Of a stretch of DNA of 64,000 nt, positions 40,669 to 50,061 are shown piece after piece. How positions within the stretch are numbered: the stretch's first letter is position 1; each line of letters starts with the position of its first letter. The notes below the pieces were generated by a model. That model had not been told where the DNA came from and ran no database searches. It saw only the letters and a program-made list of their open reading frames with translations. This stretch comes from Cyanobacteriota bacterium (lineage in GTDB: Bacteria; Cyanobacteriota; Cyanobacteriia; Cyanobacteriales; Nostocaceae), in assembly GCA_046045965.1 (NCBI GenBank), contig JBJOKS010000021.1, positions 32,001 to 96,000 of the forward strand, given 5' to 3'. The position numbers and the translations under genes are program-made.

Positions 40669-42267
40669 CTATAAAACTGCTGGTAAACCAACATCTTGCT
40701 GTTCAACCAACTTCCCATCAAAACCAATAGTATTATCTTCCATAGTTCTAGCATCAGCTAAAGCCTTACGCAAAGCAGCAACTTCCATCTTTTCAGTCAT
40801 TCCCCCCACAATATAAACTAATAACTTCACCGCTAAATCTTTTCCTGCAACCTGTACCCGCTTCTTATTAGGGTCATATAAAACCCCATACCATAAAGAA
40901 TGGGGAAATTCCATTTCACTAAAACCACCTTGACGGTCAAATTTTCGCAACTTCTTAAAAATAGCTTCTAACGTAAAACCTTTTTTAAAAACCAAAATTC
41001 CCAAAGCTTGCGCTAAAGCAACTTGAGCAACCGGACGAAATAACATATTTCCTTCACCACCACCTTTTTCAAAACTAAATCTTCGCAAAACTGGCGTATC
41101 TTCATGTTCTAAAATCTTATAACTAGGAAGACTCGCTAAATAATCAAATAACTCCCTAAAATCTGCAATTCCTTCCTGCAATTCTTCATCATCTGGACGC
41201 ATAGGAATTAGCCCTTTTTCCAAAGGTTTCCAATGGGGGAATTTTTGCCCTAAATATCGTTCAGACATATCTTGTAAAGCTTGCAGCGTCGTTAACACAG
41301 TAGAATTAGTTGCTACTGTTGCACTATTCCAATTTATGCGTTCTTTCCGATTCTCTTTATCTTCTAAAAGTGGATGTGTAACCGCAATTTTTCGCGCTAC
41401 AATAGCAAAACCATCATCCTCATTTAATTGTGTTAACTGACCCTTAGTTAAAGGTGCAGCCATTAAATTTACATGAACAAAAATCGACCTTACCCGTCGT
41501 TTTGCTTCTGTGTAAGTTTCCCCAGCATCAACCGCACAAATAAACTCAATGCCAATTTTTTCTTGGGGTATTTTTTGTAACTCAGTTTCACTTACTTGAT
41601 AATGTTCTAGTAAATCTGATAAAGTAATAAAACTATCATTAGGCGTTTTATCCTTTTTACAACGTCTCAATTTTCCAGTTTTAATTAATTCTAATAAACC
41701 CTTAACTCCCATCAATCTATGTTGACCATCTAATGCATAAATGCTGATATTTTCTTCAGCAACATTCAACAAACCAACTGTGCCATTTTCATCTAAAGGT
41801 GTAAAAACAGTAGTAGCTTTTTTAGCAATTCCCTGACTATCCCACTCATCCGCTTTTGCATTATCAACCCAAGGTTGATTAATTACAACCAATACTGGGG
41901 GGAACTTATGATTTTTTCTAGCTGCTAAATATTGTACTAACGGTGCTTGACGTGACCAGTCAAGAGGACGCTGCTGAACTTCATCAATACTATCCGCATC
42001 AATTTCAATATTTTCTGTATCCGGGTTGTAATTTTTTTGCAACAATGGTAAAGCTGAAGCAAACTGAACTCTGTTTGCAAACCATTCCAATGTAACAGAA
42101 CCTACATAAGCTTCAATACCACCCATCTGGGTTTGCTGTACAAGAATTTGATCTTTTTTACCTAAAAACTGCTCTAGTAATACAGATAACGTCTGTTGGT
42201 TCTGATTATCGTTTTCTGGATATTGTTGAGAAATGTTACGATTTGGTTCAGATGTGGTATCAATCAT
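40669..42267 (-). CDS. DGQHR-domain protein (DndB-like)
   Basis: QRPLD, FPPVLV and ALDGQHRL motifs; divergent from dndC. Confidence 0.85.
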   Translation of the reverse strand: MIDTTSEPNRNISQQYPENDNQNQQTLSVLLEQFLGKKDQILVQQTQMGGIEAYVGSVTLEWFANRVQFASALPLLQKNYNPDTENIEIDADSIDEVQQRPLDWSRQAPLVQYLAARKNHKFPPVLVVINQPWVDNAKADEWDSQGIAKKATTVFTPLDENGTVGLLNVAEENISIYALDGQHRLMGVKGLLELIKTGKLRRCKKDKTPNDSFITLSDLLEHYQVSETELQKIPQEKIGIEFICAVDAGETYTEAKRRVRSIFVHVNLMAAPLTKGQLTQLNEDDGFAIVARKIAVTHPLLEDKENRKERINWNSATVATNSTVLTTLQALQDMSERYLGQKFPHWKPLEKGLIPMRPDDEELQEGIADFRELFDYLASLPSYKILEHEDTPVLRRFSFEKGGGEGNMLFRPVAQVALAQALGILVFKKGFTLEAIFKKLRKFDRQGGFSEMEFPHSLWYGVLYDPNKKRVQVAGKDLAVKLLVYIVGGMTEKMEVAALRKALADARTMEDNTIGFDGKLVEQQDVGLPAVL

Positions 42268-42458
42268 AGTAGTTTTTAAAAACTTATTCCCAGAGTAGAT
42301 AGCTTATTTTTCCAAAAAAATGGATACTAGGATTATAGTTTTTGAAAACTATTTTGGGAAATTAATGTAAACTAACTTAGTATAATTAGTTTCCTGTGCT
42401 TACATTTGCTTCTATAGGAAGAATTAATTCATATCCATGTATTTACAGGTATAAAGTC

Positions 42459-44066
42459 ATGAATACAGCACAACAACCAGACAGTAAAACTCAGCAAAAT
42501 CGCACTGTAGCAGAATTAGTAGACTATATTCAAGTTCTCACTACAGAAATTCAAGAATTATATTGTTTAGATGCTATCCCTTGGGTTGTCGGTTATTCCG
42601 GTGGAAAAGACAGTACAGCAACTTTACAACTTATTTGGAATGCAATTTCTGGACTTCCACCGGAAAAAAGAACTAAAACTATTCATGTCATTACCACAGA
42701 TACAGGTGTAGAAAATCCTTATGTTTCTGCTTGGGTAAGTAATTCATTAAAACAAATGGAAATTGCTGCTCAAGAACAAAAAATGCCAATGACACCACAT
42801 TTACTACAACCAGAAACTAAACAAACATATTGGGCAGGTTTAATAGGTAAAGGTTATCCTGCACCCCGTCATACATTTCGCTGGTGTACAGGAAGGCTAA
42901 AAATTGATCCTTCTAACCGTTTTATTCGTGATGTGGTTAGAGCTAGTGGTGAAACAATTGTTATATTAGGAACTCGCAAAACTGAAAGTAAAAATCGCGC
43001 TTTAATTATGACAAAGAGAGAAGAGGGAAGAGTCAGAGATAGGCTTTGTCCTCATCCTAGTCTCATTAATTCTTTGTTATATACACCTATTGAAGATTGG
43101 CGTAATGATGAAGTTTGGCTATATTTAATGCAATGGGAAAATCCTTGGAGACATAGTAATAAAGATTTATTTAATATGTATAGAGAGTCAACAGCAGATA
43201 ATGAATGTCCTTTAGTTGTTGATACATCTACTCCTAGTTGTGGTAACTCTCGTTTTGGGTGTTGGGTTTGCACATTAGTTAGCAGTGACAAATCTTTAAA
43301 CGCCATGATTCAAAATGATGAAGAAAAAGAATGGATGCAACCAATAGTTGATTTTCGTCGAGAATTAGACATTGAACATGATAGAGAGAAAAGAGATTTT
43401 CGCCGGATCTGGGGAGAAGTTCAATTATTTGAACGTAATAAAAACGGTGAAACATCTGTTGAACCAATACCAGGACCATATACAAAATATTGGCGTGAGT
43501 ATTGGTTAAGAAAACTATTAACAGCGCAAACCGAAATGCGGCAAAACGCCCCAGAAAATATGCGCGACATTACCTTAATTTCTATGGAAGAACTCAGCGA
43601 AATTCGCCGGATCTGGCTAGAAGAAAAACACGAATTTGATGATAGTTTACCCCGTATCTATCAAGAAGTCACAGGAGAAGCATTTAAAGATCCCCGTCCT
43701 GGTTCAGATTATAGCCTACTTGGTAGCGATGAATGGGAAGTATTAGAAGAAATTTGTGATGGTGATGGAATGCAATTAGAACTGATGGCTAAATTACTAG
43801 ATACAGAACGCCAATTTAAGAAAAAAACGCGCCGTGTGGGAATTTATGAAAGTTTAGAAAAATGCTTTGATACAAGTTCTCGTTCTCAAGAGGAAGCCAT
43901 TAAAAATGCCCATTTAAAACGGGATTTAAGAGAAGCCGCTAGTAAAGGTGATGTGGCGACAATTCGCGCAGCATTTAAACAATTAAATATCGGTGAAACT
44001 CCAGCAAAGGAAGAGAATAAACCCGATAGTTTTGCAGGTAGGAAGTTTAAGAAAAAGGAAGAGTGA
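42459..44066 (+). CDS. dndC: DNA phosphorothioation sulfurtransferase DndC
   Basis: PWVVGYSGGKDS, RWCTGRLKI, ECPLVVD...SCGNSRFGCWVCT; start taken at ATG 42459. Confidence 0.93.
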   Translation: MNTAQQPDSKTQQNRTVAELVDYIQVLTTEIQELYCLDAIPWVVGYSGGKDSTATLQLIWNAISGLPPEKRTKTIHVITTDTGVENPYVSAWVSNSLKQMEIAAQEQKMPMTPHLLQPETKQTYWAGLIGKGYPAPRHTFRWCTGRLKIDPSNRFIRDVVRASGETIVILGTRKTESKNRALIMTKREEGRVRDRLCPHPSLINSLLYTPIEDWRNDEVWLYLMQWENPWRHSNKDLFNMYRESTADNECPLVVDTSTPSCGNSRFGCWVCTLVSSDKSLNAMIQNDEEKEWMQPIVDFRRELDIEHDREKRDFRRIWGEVQLFERNKNGETSVEPIPGPYTKYWREYWLRKLLTAQTEMRQNAPENMRDITLISMEELSEIRRIWLEEKHEFDDSLPRIYQEVTGEAFKDPRPGSDYSLLGSDEWEVLEEICDGDGMQLELMAKLLDTERQFKKKTRRVGIYESLEKCFDTSSRSQEEAIKNAHLKRDLREAASKGDVATIRAAFKQLNIGETPAKEENKPDSFAGRKFKKKEE

Positions 44067-44078
44067 TAATAAATCCTT

Positions 44079-44190
44079 TCTCGTTCCTAGACTCTGGCTA
44101 GGAATGCCTAATGTGAGGCTCTGCCTCAGACAGTTATAAACGAGGCAGAGCCTCTTGTACAGCGTTCCCAGGCAGAGCCAGGGAACGAGA
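44079..44190. repeat. GC-rich multi-palindromic REP/REPIN- or MITE-like element between dndC and dndD
   Basis: TCTCGTTCC...GGAACGAGA ends; internal GAGGCTCTGCCTC / GAGGCAGAGCCTC inverted pair. Confidence 0.75.
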
Positions 44191-44215
44191 TCATTATTAA
44201 AAAACCACCCAAACC

Positions 44216-46204
44216 ATGATATTCCTCGAACTCGTACTGCAAAATTTTGGTCCCTATGCTGGGAGACAAGTTATCAACCTCAACCCCAAAATAGATGATG
44301 ATAATATCCGCCCTATCATTCTTTTAGGTGGTATGAATGGTGGTGGAAAAACCACCCTCATGGATGCTATTCGTCTGGCTTTATATGGACATCGCGCTCA
44401 ATGTTCAACTCGTGGTAATCTCAGTTATAGTGATTTTTTAAATCAATGCGTTAATAGCAAAGCTAACCCCATTGATAAAACTCGAATTGAGTTAGTTTTT
44501 GAACATATTGAAGACGATAAACCAGTTAAATATCGTGTTGTCAGAACTTGGGAAAAAAATCCTAAAGATGGTAAAGACTCTTTAGGTATTTTAGGAGAGG
44601 ATGATACTTGGCCTATTGATTCTTTAGCGAATATCTGGGATGAATATATAGAAAATATTTTACCTTTAGGTATTTCTAATTTATTTCTGTTTGACGGTGA
44701 ACAAGTCAAGGAACTAGCAGAACAAGAAACACCTCCCCCTCTTGTTATAGATGCCATTAACGGACTTTTAGGATTAGAATTAGCTGATAAATTAGCAATA
44801 GATTTAGAAATATTAGTCAATCGTAAAAAAAAGGAAAGTGCAGATAATCAAGATTTAGCTAAATTAGAAGAAATTGAAAACCGTCTTAGTCAAAAACTGG
44901 AAGATGAAGAAACTGCGAAAGAAGAATTAGAAGCATTAAATAGTAAATTAGAAGAATTAGAAATAAAACACGAAGAAGCTTTAAATAAGTTCGTTTCAGA
45001 AGGTGGTAAAATTGCTGCTGAACGCAGTCAATTGGAAACACAAACGCAAGATAAAACTAAGATTACAGAAAATATCCGTCAATCTTTATGTGAAGTAGCG
45101 GCTGATGTTTTACCTTTGGCTTTAATTCCTAATTTATTATCTCAAGTTCAAACCCAATGTGAAAGAGAATTTCGTATTCAACAAATTCAATTAGCTAAAG
45201 ATATATTAATTGCTAGAGATCAAAGATTAATTGATTGGTTAAATCAGTCTAATTTGGAATCAGATAAACTGAATAATATTCAATCTTTCTTAGCTGAAGA
45301 CATAAATAAACTATATGCAGCTAATTCATCTACAGAAACTAATTGGTTAAATGCTGATGAAGAAACTTTAACTTTACTTGACAATTTCATATATCGTCTC
45401 CAAATTAACCAAGATACTGCCCAAAAGCAGTTAATTGAACTAAATAATTATGAGGAGGAAATTCTCACCCTAGAAAGACAAATGCAAACAGCCGCAGAAC
45501 CAGAAGAATATACAAAGCTAAAAAATGATTTGCAGAAAGCGCAAACAGAACTGAATAAAGTACAAACTCAAAGAGAAATAACCAGCCGTAATTTAATAGA
45601 ATTAGAAACAGTAATTAATCAAACCAAAAAAGAGCTAAATAATTATACGAGCGAAAATCTCAAATATCAAAGTAATGAACATTTGATTAATGCAGCTACT
45701 CAAGTACAGAATACATTAAAAATATTTAGAGAAAGATTGACTTTGAGGAAATTAAATAAATTAGAAGAAGAAGTAAAAAATTGTTTCTTGTATTTATTAC
45801 ATAAATCAGATTTAGTCCATCGTATTGCTATTGATGCTAAAACCTTCAGCCTATCATTATATGATTTAAACGGTAAACCAGTAGCCAAACATCGACTTTC
45901 CGCCGGAGAAAAACAACTATTAGCGATCGCCTTCCTGTGGGGTTTAGCAAAAGTATCAGGAAAACGCCTCCCAGTCGCTATTGACACACCTTTAGGAAGA
46001 CTCGACTCATCCCATAGAAACAACCTAGTAGAAAGATACTTTCCCTCAGCTAGCCATCAAGTAATTCTCCTTTCCACCGACACCGAAATAGCTAAAAAAG
46101 AATATCAAACCCTCCAAGAAACCGAAGCGATCGCCCGCGAATACCTCCTCAAATACGACTCCAGCAAACGAGAAACCACCATCAAACCCGGTTATTTTTG
46201 GTAA
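44216..46204 (+). CDS. dndD: DNA sulfur modification protein DndD
   Basis: GGMNGGGKTT, LFLFDGEQV, LSAGEKQ, IDTPLGRLDSSHR, LSTDTEI, C-terminal GYFW. Confidence 0.93.
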   Translation: MIFLELVLQNFGPYAGRQVINLNPKIDDDNIRPIILLGGMNGGGKTTLMDAIRLALYGHRAQCSTRGNLSYSDFLNQCVNSKANPIDKTRIELVFEHIEDDKPVKYRVVRTWEKNPKDGKDSLGILGEDDTWPIDSLANIWDEYIENILPLGISNLFLFDGEQVKELAEQETPPPLVIDAINGLLGLELADKLAIDLEILVNRKKKESADNQDLAKLEEIENRLSQKLEDEETAKEELEALNSKLEELEIKHEEALNKFVSEGGKIAAERSQLETQTQDKTKITENIRQSLCEVAADVLPLALIPNLLSQVQTQCEREFRIQQIQLAKDILIARDQRLIDWLNQSNLESDKLNNIQSFLAEDINKLYAANSSTETNWLNADEETLTLLDNFIYRLQINQDTAQKQLIELNNYEEEILTLERQMQTAAEPEEYTKLKNDLQKAQTELNKVQTQREITSRNLIELETVINQTKKELNNYTSENLKYQSNEHLINAATQVQNTLKIFRERLTLRKLNKLEEEVKNCFLYLLHKSDLVHRIAIDAKTFSLSLYDLNGKPVAKHRLSAGEKQLLAIAFLWGLAKVSGKRLPVAIDTPLGRLDSSHRNNLVERYFPSASHQVILLSTDTEIAKKEYQTLQETEAIAREYLLKYDSSKRETTIKPGYFW

Positions 46205-46265
46205 ATCTTTCCTTCCTTCTTTCCTCTGTGTCCTCTGCGCCTCTGCGGTTCGTTAATCAAAAATC

Positions 46266-46664
46266 ATGGAATCACCAATAGAACGCATTAAAATCTCCCA
46301 AACAGCCAAAGAACAACTGATCAAACTCAAACGCCACACCAAAATAGAACAATGGAATATACTATGTCGTTGGGCGTTTTGTCGTTCCCTCGCCGAACCA
46401 GCCGCACCCACCCCCGTACCCATACCCCAAGATAGCAACGTCGAAATGACCTGGCGTGTATTTGGTGGCGAAATAGCCGATATATTGCTTCTAGCACTCA
46501 AACAACGCTGTCACAACGACGGCTTAGACACAGACAAAGAAACCCTCATCACCCAATTTCGCCTACATTTACATCGGGGTATAGGATATTTAGCAGGAGA
46601 TCCAAATATTAAGAGAATTGAAGATTTAATCGAACTGGCAACAAAGAAAGTAAAATCCTCCTGA
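46266..46664 (+). CDS. dndE: DNA sulfur modification protein DndE
   Basis: IKISQTAKEQLIKLKR...NILCRWAFCRSL and FRLHLHRGIGYL; follows dndD. Confidence 0.9.
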   Translation: MESPIERIKISQTAKEQLIKLKRHTKIEQWNILCRWAFCRSLAEPAAPTPVPIPQDSNVEMTWRVFGGEIADILLLALKQRCHNDGLDTDKETLITQFRLHLHRGIGYLAGDPNIKRIEDLIELATKKVKSS

Positions 46665-46744
46665 CTTCACAAAAAACAGAAGTTACTTAATTTTGACTTT
46701 ATTGGCCTCATCTGTTCCCTATTCCCTGTTCCCTGTTCCCTCCC

Positions 46745-48259
46745 ATGAAAGAAATTCAAGCACTGCGACAGGCATTTCAAAGCCGAAAAATGTCTGGTTT
46801 GCTGTTACTAGGCTTTGCCTCTGGACTGCCATTATTCTTAACAACCCGCACACTTCAACTATGGATGAAAGATGCCGATGTTGACGTTGCCAAAATCACA
46901 TTATTTGGATTGGTTAGTTTACCATACTCCTTAAAATTCATTTGGTCGCCTTTAATTGATAGATTTTCTCCCCCATTTTTAGGAGGCAGAAAAGGTTGGT
47001 TATTTTTAACTCAAATCGGGTTAGTAATAGCTATATTAGCAATGGCATTACAACAACCAAGCCAGAACACACAAATATTAATGACATTAGCAATTACATC
47101 ATTTATAATTGCTTTTTTAAGTGCAACTCAAGATATTGCTGGTGACGCTTATCGCACAGAAATTTTAAATCCTTTGGAATTGGAAACAGGCGCTTCTCTC
47201 TGGGTCTTAGGTTATCGTGTTGCCCTGTTTATCGCCTTTTCCCTAGCAGCATGGTTAGCCGGATTTATGCCTTGGAATATAGTTTATTTATTCATGGCAG
47301 GATTTATGTCAATTGGTTTAATTACTACTCTTTTCGTACCATCAGAACCACAAATAGAAAATAGTTCTATAGCCGCAAATAACAGATCCTTAAAAAGTAA
47401 AGATATTATATTTCTCTTAGTGATCATCACCATCATTACAAGTTTAGTAGGTGGTGTGATTTCCGAATTTATTCCCTTAAAAGTATTTTATTGGATATTA
47501 GGTGGATTGCTCATAACTTGGATTAGCGCCTCAATTATTCTCCCCAAACCTCAACTAAATGAAAATCAGGAGAATATCACACCCCAAACATTACAAGAAG
47601 CAGTAATTTTACCATTACAAATATTCTTAGAAAAATTCGGCATCACCAAAGCATTGATAATTCTCATATTTATCATTCTCTATAAACTGGGTGACTCCCT
47701 AGTAGGCATTACAGCTAACTTATTCGCTAAAGAGATTAAATTTGATAACCAAGAACTCGCAACAGTTTATATTATTGGTTTGGTTGCCACTACCGTAGGA
47801 GTCATCTTAGGTGGGATAATAATGTCCAGAATCGGCATCTATCGCGCCCTTTGGATATTTGGCGCACTGCAATTACTCAGCAACTTGGGTTATTATGCAC
47901 TAGCTATCACTGGTAAAGATTACTCTATGTTAGCGATCGCCATCATGATTGAAAATACCAGCGCCGGATTAGTCACAGTGGCAACCGTAGCTTATTTAAT
48001 GAGTTTATGCAGCCACAACTTCACCACCACACAATTTGCCCTCTTTTCTAGCCTTATGGCCTTAAGTCGAGACGTTCTTTCCGCACCCGCAGGAGATTTA
48101 GCCAAAGCCACAGGCTGGCCTTCATTCTTCCTGATCTCTATGGTAGCAGCCCTACCTGGATTGCTGCTATTACCCCTAGTTGCTCCCTGGAACTCAAAAC
48201 CATTAGCATTCACCAGACCAGGACTTGAAGCAGAAGAGGATTTATGGGGAACCAAGTAG
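46745..48259 (+). CDS. ampG: AmpG-family muropeptide MFS transporter
   Basis: LGFASGLP, LKFIWSPLID, SATQDIAGDAYR, TTQFALFSSL. Confidence 0.88.
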   Translation: MKEIQALRQAFQSRKMSGLLLLGFASGLPLFLTTRTLQLWMKDADVDVAKITLFGLVSLPYSLKFIWSPLIDRFSPPFLGGRKGWLFLTQIGLVIAILAMALQQPSQNTQILMTLAITSFIIAFLSATQDIAGDAYRTEILNPLELETGASLWVLGYRVALFIAFSLAAWLAGFMPWNIVYLFMAGFMSIGLITTLFVPSEPQIENSSIAANNRSLKSKDIIFLLVIITIITSLVGGVISEFIPLKVFYWILGGLLITWISASIILPKPQLNENQENITPQTLQEAVILPLQIFLEKFGITKALIILIFIILYKLGDSLVGITANLFAKEIKFDNQELATVYIIGLVATTVGVILGGIIMSRIGIYRALWIFGALQLLSNLGYYALAITGKDYSMLAIAIMIENTSAGLVTVATVAYLMSLCSHNFTTTQFALFSSLMALSRDVLSAPAGDLAKATGWPSFFLISMVAALPGLLLLPLVAPWNSKPLAFTRPGLEAEEDLWGTK

Positions 48260-48645
48260 TAATTCTTGTCGGTACATTTGTCCTCGTTGTCACAGGGTTA
48301 TTACTGGGGTACGTACTCTCCCAATTAGTTCTAGGATATCTTGCGTTTAACCTCCTCACCCTCCTGGGAACAATTAGCCTGGTCTTAATTTTTGGCACAC
48401 TTTACTACGTTTTATTTTGGCAGTTGCGACGAGAGCAGTTACAACCAGTCAATCGCACTCCACTCACCCAAGTAGACGAAGAAATAACCGGAAACTACTT
48501 GAAAAACCGACTCATCGCCAGATTATCTGGTGACGTAGCCGCAGCAGAACGGTTAATTGAGCAAGCCAAACAGAATTATCCCGGAATGCCAGAAAATTGG
48601 TATTGTGAACGAGTCCTTGATGATTTAGATCGGGATGAGCGTTAA
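48244..48645 (+). CDS. Hypothetical membrane protein
   Basis: Two TM segments plus C-terminal AERLIEQAK...W...RVLDDLDRD domain. Confidence 0.7.
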   Translation: MGNQVVILVGTFVLVVTGLLLGYVLSQLVLGYLAFNLLTLLGTISLVLIFGTLYYVLFWQLRREQLQPVNRTPLTQVDEEITGNYLKNRLIARLSGDVAAAERLIEQAKQNYPGMPENWYCERVLDDLDRDER

Positions 48646-48748
48646 CCTTGTTTTTCCCTGTCCCCAAAATCGCTACAATAAATTAAGAAAACTTCACAAA
48701 TCTTAAGTTAGATTTTCTTACAAGTCCTTGGTTAACTAAAATCCAAAT

Positions 48749-48898
48749 ATGTCTATTTTTCGTCAATACATCGCCCCCCTCCTCGTCGTCTTAGTATTTT
48801 TGATTGCCCTAGTCGCAGTCAGCGCCCGTATTTTCTTACCTGCCGACATGGCAGCACCCGCACCTATCGGCATGATCTTCATAATTCATAATTCATAA
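48749..48898 (+). CDS. 49-aa single-TM small protein
   Basis: Manual translation MSIFRQYIAPLLVVLVFLIALVAVSARIFLPADMAAPAPIGMIFIIHNS; below the ORF-track cutoff. Confidence 0.65.
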   Translation: MSIFRQYIAPLLVVLVFLIALVAVSARIFLPADMAAPAPIGMIFIIHNS

Positions 48899-48957
48899 TT
48901 CATAATTACTACCCAGTCCCCAGTTCCCAGTCCCTAGTCCCTAGTCCCCAGTCCCCA
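48878..48957. repeat. STRR arrays (TTCATAA and CCCAGTC types)
   Basis: Tandem 7-mers. Confidence 0.85.
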
Positions 48958-48967
48958 TTACCACACT

Positions 48968-49513
48968 TTGACTTTTGACTTTCCCCAGCCAGGCTATTCT
49001 ATTCGCCGAGGCTCTACCCTAGACAAAGCACTCTTGGTTAAGTTCATCCAGCGAACTTACCAGGAACTATTTCCTGAACAGGATTTTTCCCACCTATCCC
49101 GTACAGTTGAGCAATACTTCTCCACTGATACCCCTTTATGGTGGGTATATGAAGAGGCAAGAGAGCAGGAAACCGGGAGCAAAGGAGCAGAGGAGCAGAG
49201 GAGCAAAGGAGAATTTACCCGATCCCCAGTCCCCAGTCCCCAGTCCCCGATAGCTTGTTTGTGGGCAGGTAACGCCATCGATCAAGTTACAGGCAGTCGT
49301 CATGCTCACATCTTTATACTTTACGTTGTACCCGCACATCGCCGTCGCGGAATCGGTACAGCTTTAATGCAATATATAGAAAATTGGGCAAAACAAAGGG
49401 GCGATCACCAAATCGGATTACAAGTATTTGCGTCCAACACACCCGCATTAAATCTTTATCAACAACTGGGTTATCAAACACAATCCCTCTGGATGATAAA
49501 ATTACTTCATTAG
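48968..49513 (+). CDS. GNAT N-acetyltransferase
   Basis: Acetyl-CoA motif VVPAHRRRGIGTALM and NTPALNLYQQLGY. Confidence 0.88.
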   Translation: MTFDFPQPGYSIRRGSTLDKALLVKFIQRTYQELFPEQDFSHLSRTVEQYFSTDTPLWWVYEEAREQETGSKGAEEQRSKGEFTRSPVPSPQSPIACLWAGNAIDQVTGSRHAHIFILYVVPAHRRRGIGTALMQYIENWAKQRGDHQIGLQVFASNTPALNLYQQLGYQTQSLWMIKLLH

Positions 49514-49607
49514 GGAACAGGGAACAGGCAACAGGGAACAGGCATAAGATAACCCTTATTCCTCAGCCTCCTCACCTTACCTGACTCCTGCTATATAATT
49601 CATCTTT

Positions 49608-50047
49608 TTGACACTCTGCGTCCTAAAGGAGCGCAGATTCTTAGTTCAACGAGTCCACTTAGTTTAGATCCCTTGCGGTGTCTAACAAGCGAGGTGGTTC
49701 TCTCCCTAAGCGTTACTTTCCCCCTGCCCGGAGGTAGTTGGATTATTCCAAATTTTGTTTGAATTTAAATTCTGTGTTGTCTAGCTTCCATGAAGATTTT
49801 ACCTATTCCTGGCAAGGAACTAGAACTATGGAATAGAACCCCATATCTTCAATTGTCAAGGTACAGATTGCCGTTAGGCAGTTAGGTTTTTATACAGGTT
49901 GATTACCGTTCCTGTTAAAAACAATATACCATGACTGCCCCTGAAGGGGCAATCCGTTCACCTACATCCACCGCCTGAAGTACAATAAAGTATCTCAGCC
50001 AAGCTCCGATACTTTATCTCGGTGGTTTTGGCTCACTTGATTTTCTT
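49608..50047 (-). mobile_element. Non-autonomous IS200/IS605 mini-element B (left end, omegaRNA-like 3' region, right end; no ORF)
   Basis: Minus strand begins AAGAAAATCAAGTGAGCCAAAACCACCG...TTCAGGCGGTGG and ends GAATCTGCG...CGCAGAGTGTCAA; left boundary approximate. Confidence 0.75.
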
Positions 50048-50061
50048 ATAAAAAAAATATT

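Noticed and set aside
49813..49821. 9-nt match (AGTTCCTTG, minus strand) to the start of the element A guide, located inside element B
   Set aside because: A 9-mer match is expected by chance in 64 kb on two strands, and the match stops after 9 nt
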